NCBI RefSeq assembly: GCF_009914755.1
Contig: NC_060943.1
Strand: one strand, 5' to 3'
DNA length: 64,000 nucleotides
DNA from: the human T2T-CHM13v2.0 reference genome, Homo sapiens
The notes below the pieces were generated by a model that worked only from the letters and a program-made list of their open reading frames with translations, did no database searches and had not been told where the DNA came from. A program made the position numbers and the translations under genes. This document shows, piece by piece, positions 38,843-51,100 of this stretch (within the stretch, counting starts at the first letter, position 1; each line of letters begins with the position of its first letter).

Positions 38843-40134
38843 GATTGATGGGCTCTTAGTTTGATCGCATATTTTGGCTACTGTGAATAGTGCTGCAATA
38901 AACATGGGAGTACGAATATCTCCTCAACATACTTATTTTATTTCCTTTGGATGTATACCCAGTAGTGGGATTTCTAGATCATATGGTAGTTGTATTTTTA
39001 ATTTTTTAAGGAACCACCCATTGTGGTTTTGATTTGCGTTTCCCTAAATGTTAGTTACGTTGAGCATTTTTTCATATACCTGTTGGCTATCTGTATGTCT
39101 TCTTTTGAGAAATGTGTATTAAGGTCTTTGCCCATTTTAAATCAGATTTTTTTTGTTTGTTTTTCTATTGAGTTGTTTGAGTTCCTTACATATTCTGAAT
39201 ATTAACCTCTTGTCAGATGAACTGTTTGAAAATATTTTTTTCTCATTCTATAGGCTGTCTCGTTATTCTGTTGATTGTTTCTTTTGTGTAGAAAAATTTT
39301 GGTTTGATCTAATCCTATTTGTTTATTTTTCCTTTTGTTGTCTGTGCTTTTGGAGTCATATTCAAAATATTCTTACCCAGTCCAATGTCATGAAGTTTTT
39401 CCCGTATGTTTTCTTCTAGTAGCTTCATAGTTTGGGGGCTTACATTAACCCATTTTGAGTTGATTTTCTATTTGCTGAAAGATAAGGGTCCAATTTCCCT
39501 CTTCTGTATGTGAATATCCAATTTTCCCAGTACCTCTTATTTAAGAAATTGTCCTTTATCCACTGTATGTTCTAGACATCTTTGTGGAAAATCAGTTGAC
39601 CATAAATGTATAGGTTTTGTTCCTGGGGTCTTTATTTTGTTCTATTGGTCTGTGTCTGTTTTTGTGCTGGTACTGTACTGTTTTGATTACTATGGGTTTG
39701 TAGTACATTTTAAAGTCAGATACTATAATGCCTCCAGATTTGTTCTTTTTGCTCACATTGCTTTGGGTATTTTTAATCTTTCATCTTTTATTTTTATTTT
39801 ATTTTGTCTCTTTCAAATTTTTTATTTACTTATTTTTAAATTTTATATTTAAATTATTATTTTATTAAATTTTTATTTGTTATTTTATATTTATTTTTAT
39901 CTTTTGTGATTCTATATAAATTTTAGGATTATTTTTTCTGTTTCTGTGAAAAATGTCATTGGAATTTTGATAGGAATTGCATTGAATTTATAGATCACTT
40001 TGGGAAGTATGGACATTTTAACAACACTGATTTATCCAACTCATAAATATGAGATATCTTTCCATTTATTTGTATCTCTTTCAATTTTTTCTCATCAACA
40101 TTTTATGGATTTCAGTGTACAGGTCTTTCATCTC

Positions 40135-40769
40135 AGTTTCAGGATACAAAATCAACATACAAAAATCAGTAACATTTTTAAATGCTAATAGTGAACTATT
40201 TGAAAAAAAATCAAGAAAACAATATTTTTTACAATAGCTACTAAAAAAGTAAGATATGTAGGAATAAATGTAACCAAGAAAGTGAAAGATCTCTACACTG
40301 AAAGCTACAAAACATTTATTACAAAAAATTAACATTTATTTAAAAAATTGAAGAAGAGACAAAAAAATGGAAAGATATCATATATTTATAGATTGGAAGA
40401 CTTAATATTGTTAAAATGTCCATACTATCAAAAAGTGATCTACAGATTCAGTGCAATCTCTATCGAAATATTAACACTATTCTTCACAGAAATAGAAAAG
40501 TCATCTTAAAATTTGTATGGAACCACAAAGACGCTGAATAGCCAAAGCAATCTTGAGTAAAAATAAACAAAGCTGAGGGCATCACACTATCTGACTTCAA
40601 AATATATTGCAAAGCTATAGTAACCAAAACAGCAAGACACTGGCATAACAACAGACATATAGATCAGGGAAACAGAATAAAGAGCTAAGGACAAAATCCA
40701 CATAGTTATAGTCAATTGATTTTCCACAAAGGTGCCAAAAACACTCCATGAGGGAAAGAACAGTCTCTG
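40135..40769 (+). mobile_element. Inverted (plus-strand) L1 ORF2 segment
   Basis: gtttcaggatacaaaatcaacatacaaaaatcag...gccaaagcaatcttgag...ggaaagaacagtctct is sense L1 ORF2 abutting the antisense segment. Confidence 0.9.
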
Positions 40770-41570
40770 CATTGTGATTTTAGCTTGCACTTCCTGAAGG
40801 GTTAACAATATTGAATCTCTTTCGATATGCTTATTTGCCTTACTTAAATTATTTTGGTTGAAGTATATGTTGAAATCTTGTCTATCTTTTAGAAGGTTTT
40901 TTTTTTATTAATAGGTTGTGCAAGTTCTTTATTCTTGCCTTTTGATTTTCTCAATGATCTTTTAATTAGAAAAAGCTTTAAATTTTGATGAAGCCTGTTT
41001 TATTATATTTTCTTTCTTTTATGGCTTATGCCTTTTGTGTGCTGTCTGAGAAATCTAGCTCGAGGTCACACAAATTTTCTCCTTTTTTTTTCTAGAAGCT
41101 TTATGGTTTTAGCTCTTATATTTAGGTTTATGATTCATTTTGAATTGCTTTTGTGTATGGTATCAGGAAAAGGTGAAGGTGATTTTTTTCCCAATAGTTA
41201 TCTAGTTATTCCAGCATTATTAATTGAAAAGACTCTTATTTCCCCCATTGAATTACCCTGGCACCTTTGCCCTGGTATCTAACCTTTACTTGAAAGTTGG
41301 TTGAAGCAATCACAAAAGACCGCTTTACTCAAGGTAGAAGGACAGCTGAAGAGGAGAAACGGGACTTCCCTTCTGAAGTGGAGACAGTGTCTAAGACTCG
41401 GGCCTCCGTTCACAAACTGTCAGGAATGATTTTGCTAACAATGCAGCTTTCCATAGCTTGATATCATCCTTTAATATAGCACAAATGTTTTTGCCTTTCC
41501 CCCTCCTTCTGGGGAGCCCTCGATGCCATAGTTAGAAGTTGAAGTAACTCTCAGGAAACCAGGTAGGAGA

Positions 41571-41750
41571 ATTTAGAATCTTTAGATATCAAAGCTAGAA
41601 GGAACCAATAACCTAATAAAGCACACACTCTTCATTTGCAAAAAAAGCAGGAAAGAGGCCCAGAAAGGTTAAGTGACTTTTCCAGCATCACACAGCAATG
41701 AAATGGCAGAGATAGGAGCAGATTCCAGGTCTCCCAACTGCTCCCTGCTG
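41571..41750 (-). mobile_element. MIR/MIR3
   Basis: gaggcccagaaaggttaagtgacttttccagcatcacacagc...ccaggtctcc. Confidence 0.8.
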
Positions 41751-42289
41751 TCTGACACTCATCTTCCCCACAATAGCCTCCCTCCTAGTGATTTCTCTGA
41801 AGATGAGTGGTTCACCATGTATTGGAACTTCACAAAATCATCTGCAGGAGGCGTGGCCTCAAGTGGAGCTTGACGTAGCCCTGGCTGTGGAAAGCAAGGA
41901 GGCAGGAGGCTTTAGTTAGTTAGCAGCACCAACTCCTCGCCATAGTGGTCATCTGAAATGGCTCAGTTGCCTTCTAATTGCTCCCAAACTGTTGCACATG
42001 CCAGGCTTTGGGTGTTTCACATCATCCAGGTTTCCCCAGCCCAGGACCCTTGCTCATTCATGTGGCTGCTCCATGGCCACAATCTGTTGCAGACAGAATG
42101 CATAGCAGGCATGCATGCATCACAGCAGTGGTGGGTATGTGTTCTGTCCCTGTCATGTTTCTTCAGAGTCTGCAGAGCAAGTGCAAGGCCAGGCTGGAGG
42201 AGCCACCCAGGATGGCAGCCACCCGCTGAGGTGGTGCATTGGCTGAGATCTCAGCACGGGAAACATCAGCCCTGACAGTGACATCACAG

Positions 42290-42380
42290 ATCCTTGTGTT
42301 CAATTCCCTTCTTTGCAGATGGGAAAACTGAGTCCTAGAGAAGATAGGCTATGTTCCCAATGTCATACAGCAGAGTTGCA
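42290..42380 (-). mobile_element. MIR fragment
   Basis: tttgcagatgggaaaactgagtcctagaga...cccaatgtcatacagc. Confidence 0.7.
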
Positions 42381-43479
42381 TAGCAAGCACTTTGACAGAG
42401 AGAAATTCAACTCTGTACACCATTGATTCTTTGCTTCTGTTTGATGAGACTTAAAATGAAAATTATATTTTGTATTTGCACTCCTTATTATATACTTCAC
42501 AATTGCATTGGCATTTATGCATCCAAATTACTGGATGGTGTTATCTACATAAATCCATGTATACTGTGCTTTATGAATGTTTTATAGTACATGCAGCCAA
42601 AATAACCCTTGAAATGTGATTTTCATCTTACCCAGTGTCTTAGAACCTCGTTCCCTCTGAAAGATGTGGCTTTAATGTGGAGCTATTTAATTGGGCGGGG
42701 AAGAGGGGATCCTGACTCCTAGTTAAGCACTCTTTCCCCAGCACCAAGCTGCCTTGATCTTCCAGTGAAATGTCCAATTTTTGTCGGAGGTTCCCCCTCC
42801 CCAAGACAAAAAAGGGGAGTGCAGGATGGTGGTTTTGCCAGGAAGTTAGCGATGAGGGAAAATGCAAGTAGCAAATGTCCATGAAATGGAGTTTCTCACC
42901 ATCTCAACAATAAGGGTTTAATTTGCAAAGTGCCCCCCGACCCCCACTACTTTCCAGTCAGCTACAGCAAGGCTTCCTGGGGCTGAGAGCAGCCTGAACC
43001 CTGTCCCTTTAATGTGGGGTCCTCCTCTGGGCTCTTCCTCTCTCTGGGAAGTGACTGTGCACAGGGAAAGTGTAATTGGCAGGCTGTGACACTGCTGTCT
43101 GCAAGTGTCTCTCTAAGTGGAACGCATTTCAGCTTTATCTGGTGATGTCTGCTACCTGAGAAGGGCCCTGGGCCATCTCAAAGGGCTTGTAGCAGCTAAT
43201 TGTGCCTGTTAGGACCAGCAATTAGCTGGGGATCTCTGGACTTCGAAGCTCCAACACCCACCAGCTTTCCCTTCCTTTCTCTCCCTTTCACTTAACTAGC
43301 CCAGCCTAATAGAGGCAGTGAAGGACAGGCAGGTGAGGGGCAGACAGGACAAGGAAGGTGGAGGCTGGCAGGGCCTCATCCTATGCCCCTCTGAGTCCTG
43401 CACTCCACCCCTGCTCAAGAGAACCTGCGAAAAGAAACAGGCACCAGCTCTGCTCTCATGCTGTAAATACATCCTCTTT

Positions 43480-43850
43480 ATTGCAGGACCAGGGCTAGAA
43501 GCTTATTAATCGGTATCGGGAGTCATGCTGCCCGTTTGTACAGTTTAAGCGGGAGTTGGAAGATGACAATAAAAAGCTAATTAGGCGCAGGTCATAAAGG
43601 AGATCACACATGCATGGTGTCTGCTGGTTACTATGGGCACACGATGGTTTCGGTGGAAACACGAGGCAGAACGTCTGAAAATTAAGACAATAAATCAGTT
43701 TCATTGAATAAAAGCCATGCATTTACCCATTAATTAAGGATAATGGTATCCTATAAGCTTTTTGTGTACCACAGGTAATTTGTTGTACTTTGCCGTAATA
43801 ATATACGTTGAAGATTAAAAATTCAGTATACCTTACAAGTAATGGATGCA
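43480..43850. promoter_or_regulatory. Candidate conserved non-coding element
   Basis: Non-repetitive, with CpGs retained in an AT-rich context; homeodomain motifs ctaattag, gtcataaa, ttaattaa and ttattaat. Confidence 0.5.
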
Positions 43851-44014
43851 CACAGCTCTTCCTCTGTTCTCAGAAGCAGCTAAAGGTTCATGCATTAGCA
43901 CAATCCCATATTCAGGCTCACCTGATCTGCCTTTGTCCAGTGACTCAGACTAATTATTAGGCATGTTCTTTCTCTGGTGGCTTGCAGTGAGAGGGGAGTG
44001 ACCCTCCGTCCCAC

Positions 44015-44260
44015 TGTGTCTGCTAATGTGCCATTTGGGTTTTATTTTTTAGCAGCTATCACCCATCTCCTTTCTTCACAAAACTGTACCCTTATATTTT
44101 TGGGGGGGATTTCCCCCAAGTTTTGCAGTCTTGAAGGGCTGTCAATCAAGGTGCCCAAGGCAGGATGTAATCAGAGCTCAGCCAGTCAAGCTCTGTGTCC
44201 CAGGACTCAGACGCAAGCAGAGTAATGTAAGGGCAGAGGAAAACAAGGTCCTGGGAGCTC
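44015..44260 (+). mobile_element. ERVL LTR fragment (LTR33/LTR16-like)
   Basis: gggctgtcaatcaaggtgccc...ctcagccagtcaagctct...ccaggactc. Confidence 0.45.
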
Positions 44261-44349
44261 TATTTAGGATAGAGCTGATCAACCCAGTTGACAGGATGAT
44301 CAACTAGGTTCTGCCTAGGAGATCTCTAAGATTCCCAACAGTCACTCTT

Positions 44350-44671
44350 CAGGGTAGGCAGAAGAATGCCCTGGGGATTAGGAAGACACCCACTTCCTAA
44401 TCCCCAGAACCTGTGAAAATGGTACCCGACATGGAAAAAGCAACTTCACAGTTGTGATTAAATGTGCTGACTTTGAGATGGGTAGATAATACTGGGTTTT
44501 CCAGGAGGAACTCATGTAATCACGAGTCCTTAAAAATGGGGAACCTTGGCCAGACGTGGTGGCTTACGCCTGCAATCCCAGCACTTTGGGAGGCTGAGGT
44601 GAGAGGATCGCTTGAGGCCAGGAGATCAAGACCAGCCTGGGCAACCTAGTGAGACACCGTCTCTACAAAAA

Positions 44672-44710
<39 letters not shown>

Positions 44711-45459
44711 ATAGATAGATAAATAAATAATTAGTTGGGTGTGGTAGCACATGCCTGTAGTCCCAGCTACTTGGTAGGCTGAGGTGGGAGAATAGCTTGG
44801 GCCCAGGAGGTCAAGGCTGTAGTGAGCCATGATTGCACCACTGCGCTCCAGCCTGGGCAACAGAGTGAGACCCTAAGAAATAAAAAAGAAAGAAAAGATA
44901 AAAGGCAAAGAAAAGAAAAGAAGGAAGGAAGGAGAAGGAAAGAAGGAAAGAGAGAAAGAGAAAGAGAAAGGAAAGGAAAAGAAAGGACAGGAAAGGAGAA
45001 AGGAAAGGAAAGGAAAGGAAAGGAAAGGAAAGGAAAGGAAAGGAAAGGAAGGAAAGGGGGAGGGAGGGAAGGGAGGGAGGGAGGGAGAAAGGGAGGAAGG
45101 AAGGAAGGAAAGAAGGAAGGAATCCTTTTTCAGCTGAGTCAGAGAAAAAGATGACAATAGGAGAAGAGTCAGAGTCGGGATATGAGAAGGACTTGACCAC
45201 CATGACTGACCATTTTTGAAGATGGAGGAAGATGACCACCAACCACAGGATGCGAGCAGCCACTAGGAGCTGAAAAAGGCAATGAGATGCATTATCCACT
45301 GGAACCCACAGGGAGGAGAGCAGCGCTGCTGACACTGCGATGGTAGCCCAACGACACCTGTGCCAGACTTCTGATCTATGAAACTGTAAGATGATAGATT
45401 TCTATTGTTTGAGCCATTCACTTTGAGGAATTTGTTACAGCAGCAAGAGAACGTTCACA
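44350..45459 (+). mobile_element. MLT1D MaLR LTR, split by an Alu
   Basis: ggtaggcagaagaatg...cctaatccccagaacctgtgaa...ctttgagatggg [Alu] ...tgaagatggaggaag...ccagacttctgatct...aatttgttacagcagcaa. Confidence 0.88.
44548..45122 (+). mobile_element. AluJ with expanded middle (AAAT/AGAT)n and purine tail
   Basis: Alu body 44548-44874; (AAAT)n(AGAT)n at 44667-44730; GAAA/GGAAA/GGAG tail at 44875-45122. Confidence 0.95.
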
Positions 45460-45827
45460 CTGTTGAGGCTCTGCCCTCAGACTTAGCCAGATTGTGTGTC
45501 TGCTGCTTGTAACCAGCTCTACCTATCAGAACTGGAGAAAGCAACTTTGCCTTCTGTTACCTCAAGTAAATTTGGATGGGCCATAGGTATAATTCACAGC
45601 TCAGGGTAGGCTGGCTGGCCTGGCAATGAAACAGAGCTGGAAATGAAAGGTGCTGCCTATTCTGTCTTCCCATGTTTCCAGGGCCAAACCACACCCCAAA
45701 ACATCCACGGACACGTTGATGTGGGAAAGACCTCTTGGTCTCCCCTTCCCTCTCTCCTTCCTCTCTCTCTTCCTCTTCCCTCTTCCCTCTTCTTTTTTGC
45801 TCTCTTCATTTTTACTCTTTCATTTTC

Positions 45828-45955
45828 AGAACATGAATGCCTGGATCTCCCAACCATTGCCACACCAAAACTCCATTCACTGGTTCTGGGAAGGCACATG
45901 GATGTATGATTTTTATAAAATAAGCTCACCTAAGAATTCTGATGCACATGAGATT
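45828..45955. mobile_element. MER5-type hAT MITE fragment
   Basis: aatgcctgg...attcactggttctggga...tttttataaaataagctcacctaagaattctgatgcaca. Confidence 0.55.
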
Positions 45956-45994
45956 CAGGTGCCTGGGAAGGGCCAATGGCCTAATTTAAAGCCA

Positions 45995-46100
45995 ATATTT
46001 CCAGATAACATAATGAAGACTTAGAGGATGTAAGTGTCCTGCCCAAGGTCACACAGCTGGCCAGATGCAGAGAACACCAGGTTCAGTGCTCTTTCCATGA
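45995..46100 (-). mobile_element. MIR fragment
   Basis: taagtgtcctgcccaaggtcacacagctgg...cagtgctctttcca. Confidence 0.7.
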
Positions 46101-46393
46101 CCAGGGGCTGCTGCCAACTCGAGGACATTAGAGAATTCAGTGACCCTCTGACATCTCTCAGTTTAGAAACCTTTCTCTTTTAATTGGAGCATTTCATCCA
46201 TTTACATTTTAATGTAATTATGTTATGTTGGGGCTTTAATCTACCATCCTCCCAGGTGCATTTGATTCGTCTTCTTACCCACTCAGTGCCCCTTTTAGTT
46301 TTGGGGGGTTGGTTATTTCTTTAGTTATTCCAGTGTTTCTTCTGTCCTTCAGAAGATATACACTCAGTTACTCTTTTCTGCTTACCTTAGTGC

Positions 46394-46613
46394 CATGGTT
46401 GTCCACTGGGGCAATTTCAGCAGATGTTTGACAATGTCTACAGACAGTTTTGGATGTCACCATGGCAGTGGGTGGAGGGGAGGGTGTTGCTAGTGGTGAC
46501 TAGTAACTGGAGGCCAGAAATGCTGCTAGACTTCCTATAGTACACAGGAAAGTCCCTTCCAATAAGGAGTGTATGGCCCCAAATCTCAACAGCACTGAGG
46601 CTGAGAAACTCTG
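46394..46613 (+). mobile_element. MER20
   Basis: tttgacaatgtctacagacagttttgg...gaggccagaaatgctgcta...ggccccaaatctcaacagcactgaggctgagaaactctg; hAT-type TSD ccttagtg/ccctagag. Confidence 0.88.
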
Positions 46614-47967
46614 CCCTAGAGATGACAACTTTTATCTTTGACTCATGAAAATTTAATGTCAATTTGGTAACTTTACAAGTTTCCCAGAAAGTGTAATAGA
46701 ATACTGCAACTCCTTTGCCCAATTTCAACTCATGTGCTATCAGTGTTGGGCATTCTCCATATATTTTAAACCCCACAAGATATTATTGTTATTTTTGATA
46801 TAGTCAGTTCTTCATTTAGACTTTCCCAGAGCTCTGCATTTCTTCCTGGATCTCTGACCTTCCATATGGAATCCTTTTCCTTCTGCCTAAAGAACTCCCT
46901 TTATCTCCTGGAGTGTTGATCTATCTGCTGGTAAGAAGTTCTTTCAGTTTTCGTTTGTCTGAAAATGTCTTCATTGAACTTTTTTGTTGTCTTTATGATT
47001 ACTAGTATGTTTATTGATGGCTACATGTAGAAAACACCACGGCCTTCACAATGAAATTGTTCTGCACAACCACAATACTATTATCACACTTAAGAAAATT
47101 AAAATTGATTAAATAATATCTAAAATAGAGTGAATATTCAAATTTCCACACTTGTCCCTGATACATTATGATAGCTGGATCCTCTTATAAGGATTCACCT
47201 GATTGTCAGGTCTTTTGTCTTTTTCGAAAGTCTAGAATACACTTTACTTATTTTTTAAATTATTGTTATTCCGTTTGCAGTTTTTGGAAGAACGAAGCTA
47301 GTTGTTCAGTAAAACATCTCACATGCTGTATTTTTCTGATTATTTCTCCAGATTTGATTTAGATTTAGTACTTCTGGCAGGAATACTACATAGGGAATGT
47401 GCATACTTCTTGTTGTCACATGTCAGGAGGCACATAATGTCAGGTTGTTCTACTAGTGAGGGTCACTTGGTTAAGGTGGTTACTGCCAGGTCTCTTCCAT
47501 GCAAATATATTTCTTTGGTGGCTAGCATGCTAATAAGCAAGTATATTTTGTGATCAGTAAAATGCCTTACACTGTGAGACTGTGACATGTCACCATCTCC
47601 AACATTTCACCCAGGGTTTTTAGCACCTATTCATGATTCTTGCCTGAATCAATTATTGCACTGGGGATTACAAAGTGGTGATTTTCTCATTTTATACTCC
47701 CTTCTATATTGAGTAGTGGTTAATGTTTTTTGGAAAAGAAGAGTTTTGAGCACTGTCTTGCTTTTTGGAAAAACAATGTATCTCAAGCTTATTTTGTATT
47801 TCCCCTGTCCCAGGTGTGCAGTCACTTTTCAAAGGAGCCTTGGGGTTCTTTAATGGGAAATGGTATTTAGGAGCCAAGATCTGGGCTGCAGGTGTGCTCC
47901 TCATCCACCAGCTGTTATTGTCTTTAGCCCACTTTAATGGCAGGAATTAGGAAATACATTTTCCCCT

Positions 47968-48187
47968 TAAAATTCTGAATTCATATTGATAACCTCCAAT
48001 TCAATAGGAAATTGATTCATATTTGCACTTTCCTTTTACCACACTGAGAACCCTACTTTGCAGCAACATGTTTACACTTTTTCTGTAAAATCCTGAATTT
48101 ATACTGAAAATCTCCAGTTCAGTAGGAAAGTGATTCATATTTGCATTTTCCCAACCACTTTGCAGCAACATGCTTATACATTTTCCC
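47968..48187 (+). repeat. Diverged tandem duplication (~118 bp and ~102 bp copies)
   Basis: Both copies contain taaaat(t/c)ctgaatt, taggaaa(t/g)tgattcatatttgca and actttgcagcaacatg. Confidence 0.9.
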
Positions 48188-51100
48188 TATTCTAGAATGC
48201 ACACAATAGTTTCAGAATTGCACACGAAGACAACTGCCATTAACAAACCTCCCAAACAAAGGTCAAGATTCCTTTGCAGAATTAAAAGTATATGTATTTT
48301 TAACTTTAGAATATAGCCTTCCTGTAGGAATGTGTGATTAGAGTAATATGTTCAAAAGTTACTTGAATTAATTTTTTATTTCTATGGTTATCAGTTTGAA
48401 GTACAATTTTATTAATTCGCATCTTCACATTTCCTTTTTATCCCTTTGATATAATTTTACTTTTGCATACATAAAACATTTACAGTTTCAAAATTCAAAG
48501 CTATATAAAAAGATAAACTCAGAGGAGTCTCACACATAAATTTCACCCAATCTTACTCCTACCCATCACCAGAGGAAAATCTTTTTATTATTTTCCGGTA
48601 TATTTTTTCTGTGTTCCTTTGTGCCAAATAAGTAAGGATGTATATATGTAAGTATACAGAATATATATGTATACATATGCACGAGTATGTATACATATAT
48701 GTTATTTCCCAGTGGTTTTTAATAAAAGTATGATGTAATTTATATAGCTTCCTTTTTGCCATTGATAAAATATTCAGGAAATTACTCCATTATTCCATTA
48801 TGCTTTATACAGGTATTCCTCATACTTTGTTTGAGTTGAATATTGTTTTATTATGTGGATACAACAAAGTTCATTCGAACACCTTTTCTATGAATAAACA
48901 CTTGGGTTGTTACTGCTTTGTATTACTTCAGGGTAAATTCCTTAGTGGACTTGCATTGCCTTTTTTTTTTCTTTAAGGTTTTGTGGGTTTATTTTGTTTT
49001 CCTATTTTCATCTGAATATTAAAATCCTTGTCCAGATGTAGGAAAAAAATTTGTTGGTATATTCACTGTGATTACTACAAGTGTATGTAACTTAGCCAGA
49101 TGATATCTTTATGATGTTATTTTTTCCCCAAGAACAAGGAATTTATTTCCACTTCTTTGGGTGTAATTTCAGGTTTCTCAATGTGTTTTTGGTTTTCTTC
49201 ATCTAGGTTTTGCACATTTCCTATTACATTTATTCATATAAATTTATCTTTTTTTGTTATTTTAAGTGGATTTTTCTCTTTCATTACATCTTCTAAATAA
49301 TTATTATTTGGATATTTAAAGGCTATTGTCTTTTATGATAATTTTACATCATTCTACCTTATTGAATTTTGTATATTTGTGTGTATCTTTGTTTGTGTAT
49401 TGGTTTAACTTCTATTTATTAGAGTTTCCAGGTACACTGGCATATCATATACAGAGAAAAAGTTTTACTTCTTTTCCAAGCTTTATGCCTCTTCTTGTTC
49501 TTAAAGTATTAGCCAATCAAAGCAGACAAGAGAAAAATGTACATTAGCTATAGCAGAGATGTTTGGAATCACCGTCTTTTTCTGGAGCTTGATAGAAATA
49601 CTTCTAGTGCTTATCCATTAAATAAAATACTACTTTAAAAACTAAAGCATAAATACTTTATCATTAGGAAAGTATTTATAAATTCTGATTCTATTGAGTA
49701 TTTCCTGATGAAAACAGGAAACATTAAAGTATTCATTTAAATATTTCAATAAAGCATTTATAAAAATTTCAAACTTTCAGAATATTTTTAATACAATGGT
49801 GTTTCTTTACCCAGACTCACCAATTGTTGTTAACAGTTTGCTACATTTGCTAGTGTGTATTTTCTAAAGAAAAGAACATTTTGTGACATAACCACAGCAC
49901 AACTAAAAAGTCAGAAAATTTAATATTGATATAATACATTGTTTAATTTATAGTCTAAATTCCAATTTTACCAAATGTTTCCATAATGTCCTCTGTAGGA
50001 GTTTTTACTCAGTTCAGTATTTAACTCTGGACAATTACCTAAAATTTAGTTGTGTTATCTCTTTCATTTTCTTTAATTTTGGACATTAACTTATTACTTA
50101 ATTGTCTTTCATGACATTGACACTTTTGAAGAGTAAAAGGACAATTATTTTGTGAAATATCCCTCTCTTTGGTGAATGCTTCCCAGTGATTGGATCTAGG
50201 TGACTTTTTGGACTGAAAAACTACAGAAGTTACTTGAGCTTCTTTGCAGTGCATTGCTTAAGGAAGCATTTGGTGTCAGTTCGCTGCATTATTGGCTAAC
50301 TTTGTTCACCAGCCTTCTCCACTGTAAAATTACTATTTTTCCTTTTGTAATTACTAAACACTTTCTGGGATGAATTTTGGCTGAATTATTTTGGACTATG
50401 TAAATATCTTATTCCCATAAAATCTTTCACCCATGGTTTCCAATATCCATTGATTTCATCAATTATCCTTATCTAATAAACTGTGCATTTTTTAAATTGT
50501 GCTTTTCTAATTCGATCTTTGTTCAGTGTTTAATAGCTGGCATTCTTCACTATAGAAGAATGTTACTCTGCATTTTAATTTTATTTTTAATGTATTGAAT
50601 TATAATCCATCTCCTTAACTATTATTTATGCTATTTTTTTCCTATATCTGGACAATGGGAGTCCCTGCATGCTGCTTTTTCTTGTTGTAGTTTTGACAAA
50701 TCCTCATCCTTCTTTGAGTACTTTCACCCTTTTAGTTATTTTCATGCTATGTAATTTTTCCATTCTTTTACTTTCAATTTATCTATGACTTTTTATATTT
50801 AAAGTGAATCTGTTATATCATTTGATCTTGCTTTTATTAGTCCTTTCTCTGCCTTTTAATTGAGTTGTTTAGTTCTTCATACTTAATGTAATTATTTAAG
50901 CTAATTTAGATGTTCCATTTTACTATTTGTTGTTGGTTTTTGTTCTTTTGGTCTTCTCTTTTGGATTTTTTTTATTTCGGTCTTTTCTACCTTTGGTTTT
51001 TATCTTCTTTTCCTGCCATCTTTTGGCTTAGTTGAATATATTTTATGGTTTTATTCCAATTTATTGGTTAGTTTTTAGCTATACTTTATTGATTTATTTT

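Larger units (their letters stand above)
37721..40134 (-). mobile_element. L1MA-type 3' UTR and ORF2 remnant
   Basis: Poly(T)-like tail, then atagttgtacatatttatggg...aatgatcaaatc (L1MA 3' end) and antisense ORF2 sequence to ttcagtgtacaggtctttcatc. Confidence 0.85.
36908..41280 (-). mobile_element. L1MB-type element (host), interrupted at 37607-40769
   Basis: L1MB 3' UTR (tttacccatttaaatgtacag..., ctttcacttagcataatg...) runs to gtggtatctc at ~37596 and resumes at cattgtgattttagcttgc (40770). Confidence 0.8.

Noticed and set aside
44811-45335. Longest ORF (174 aa) and overlapping ORFs
   Set aside because: Made of Alu, its purine tail and MLT1D sequence; low complexity.
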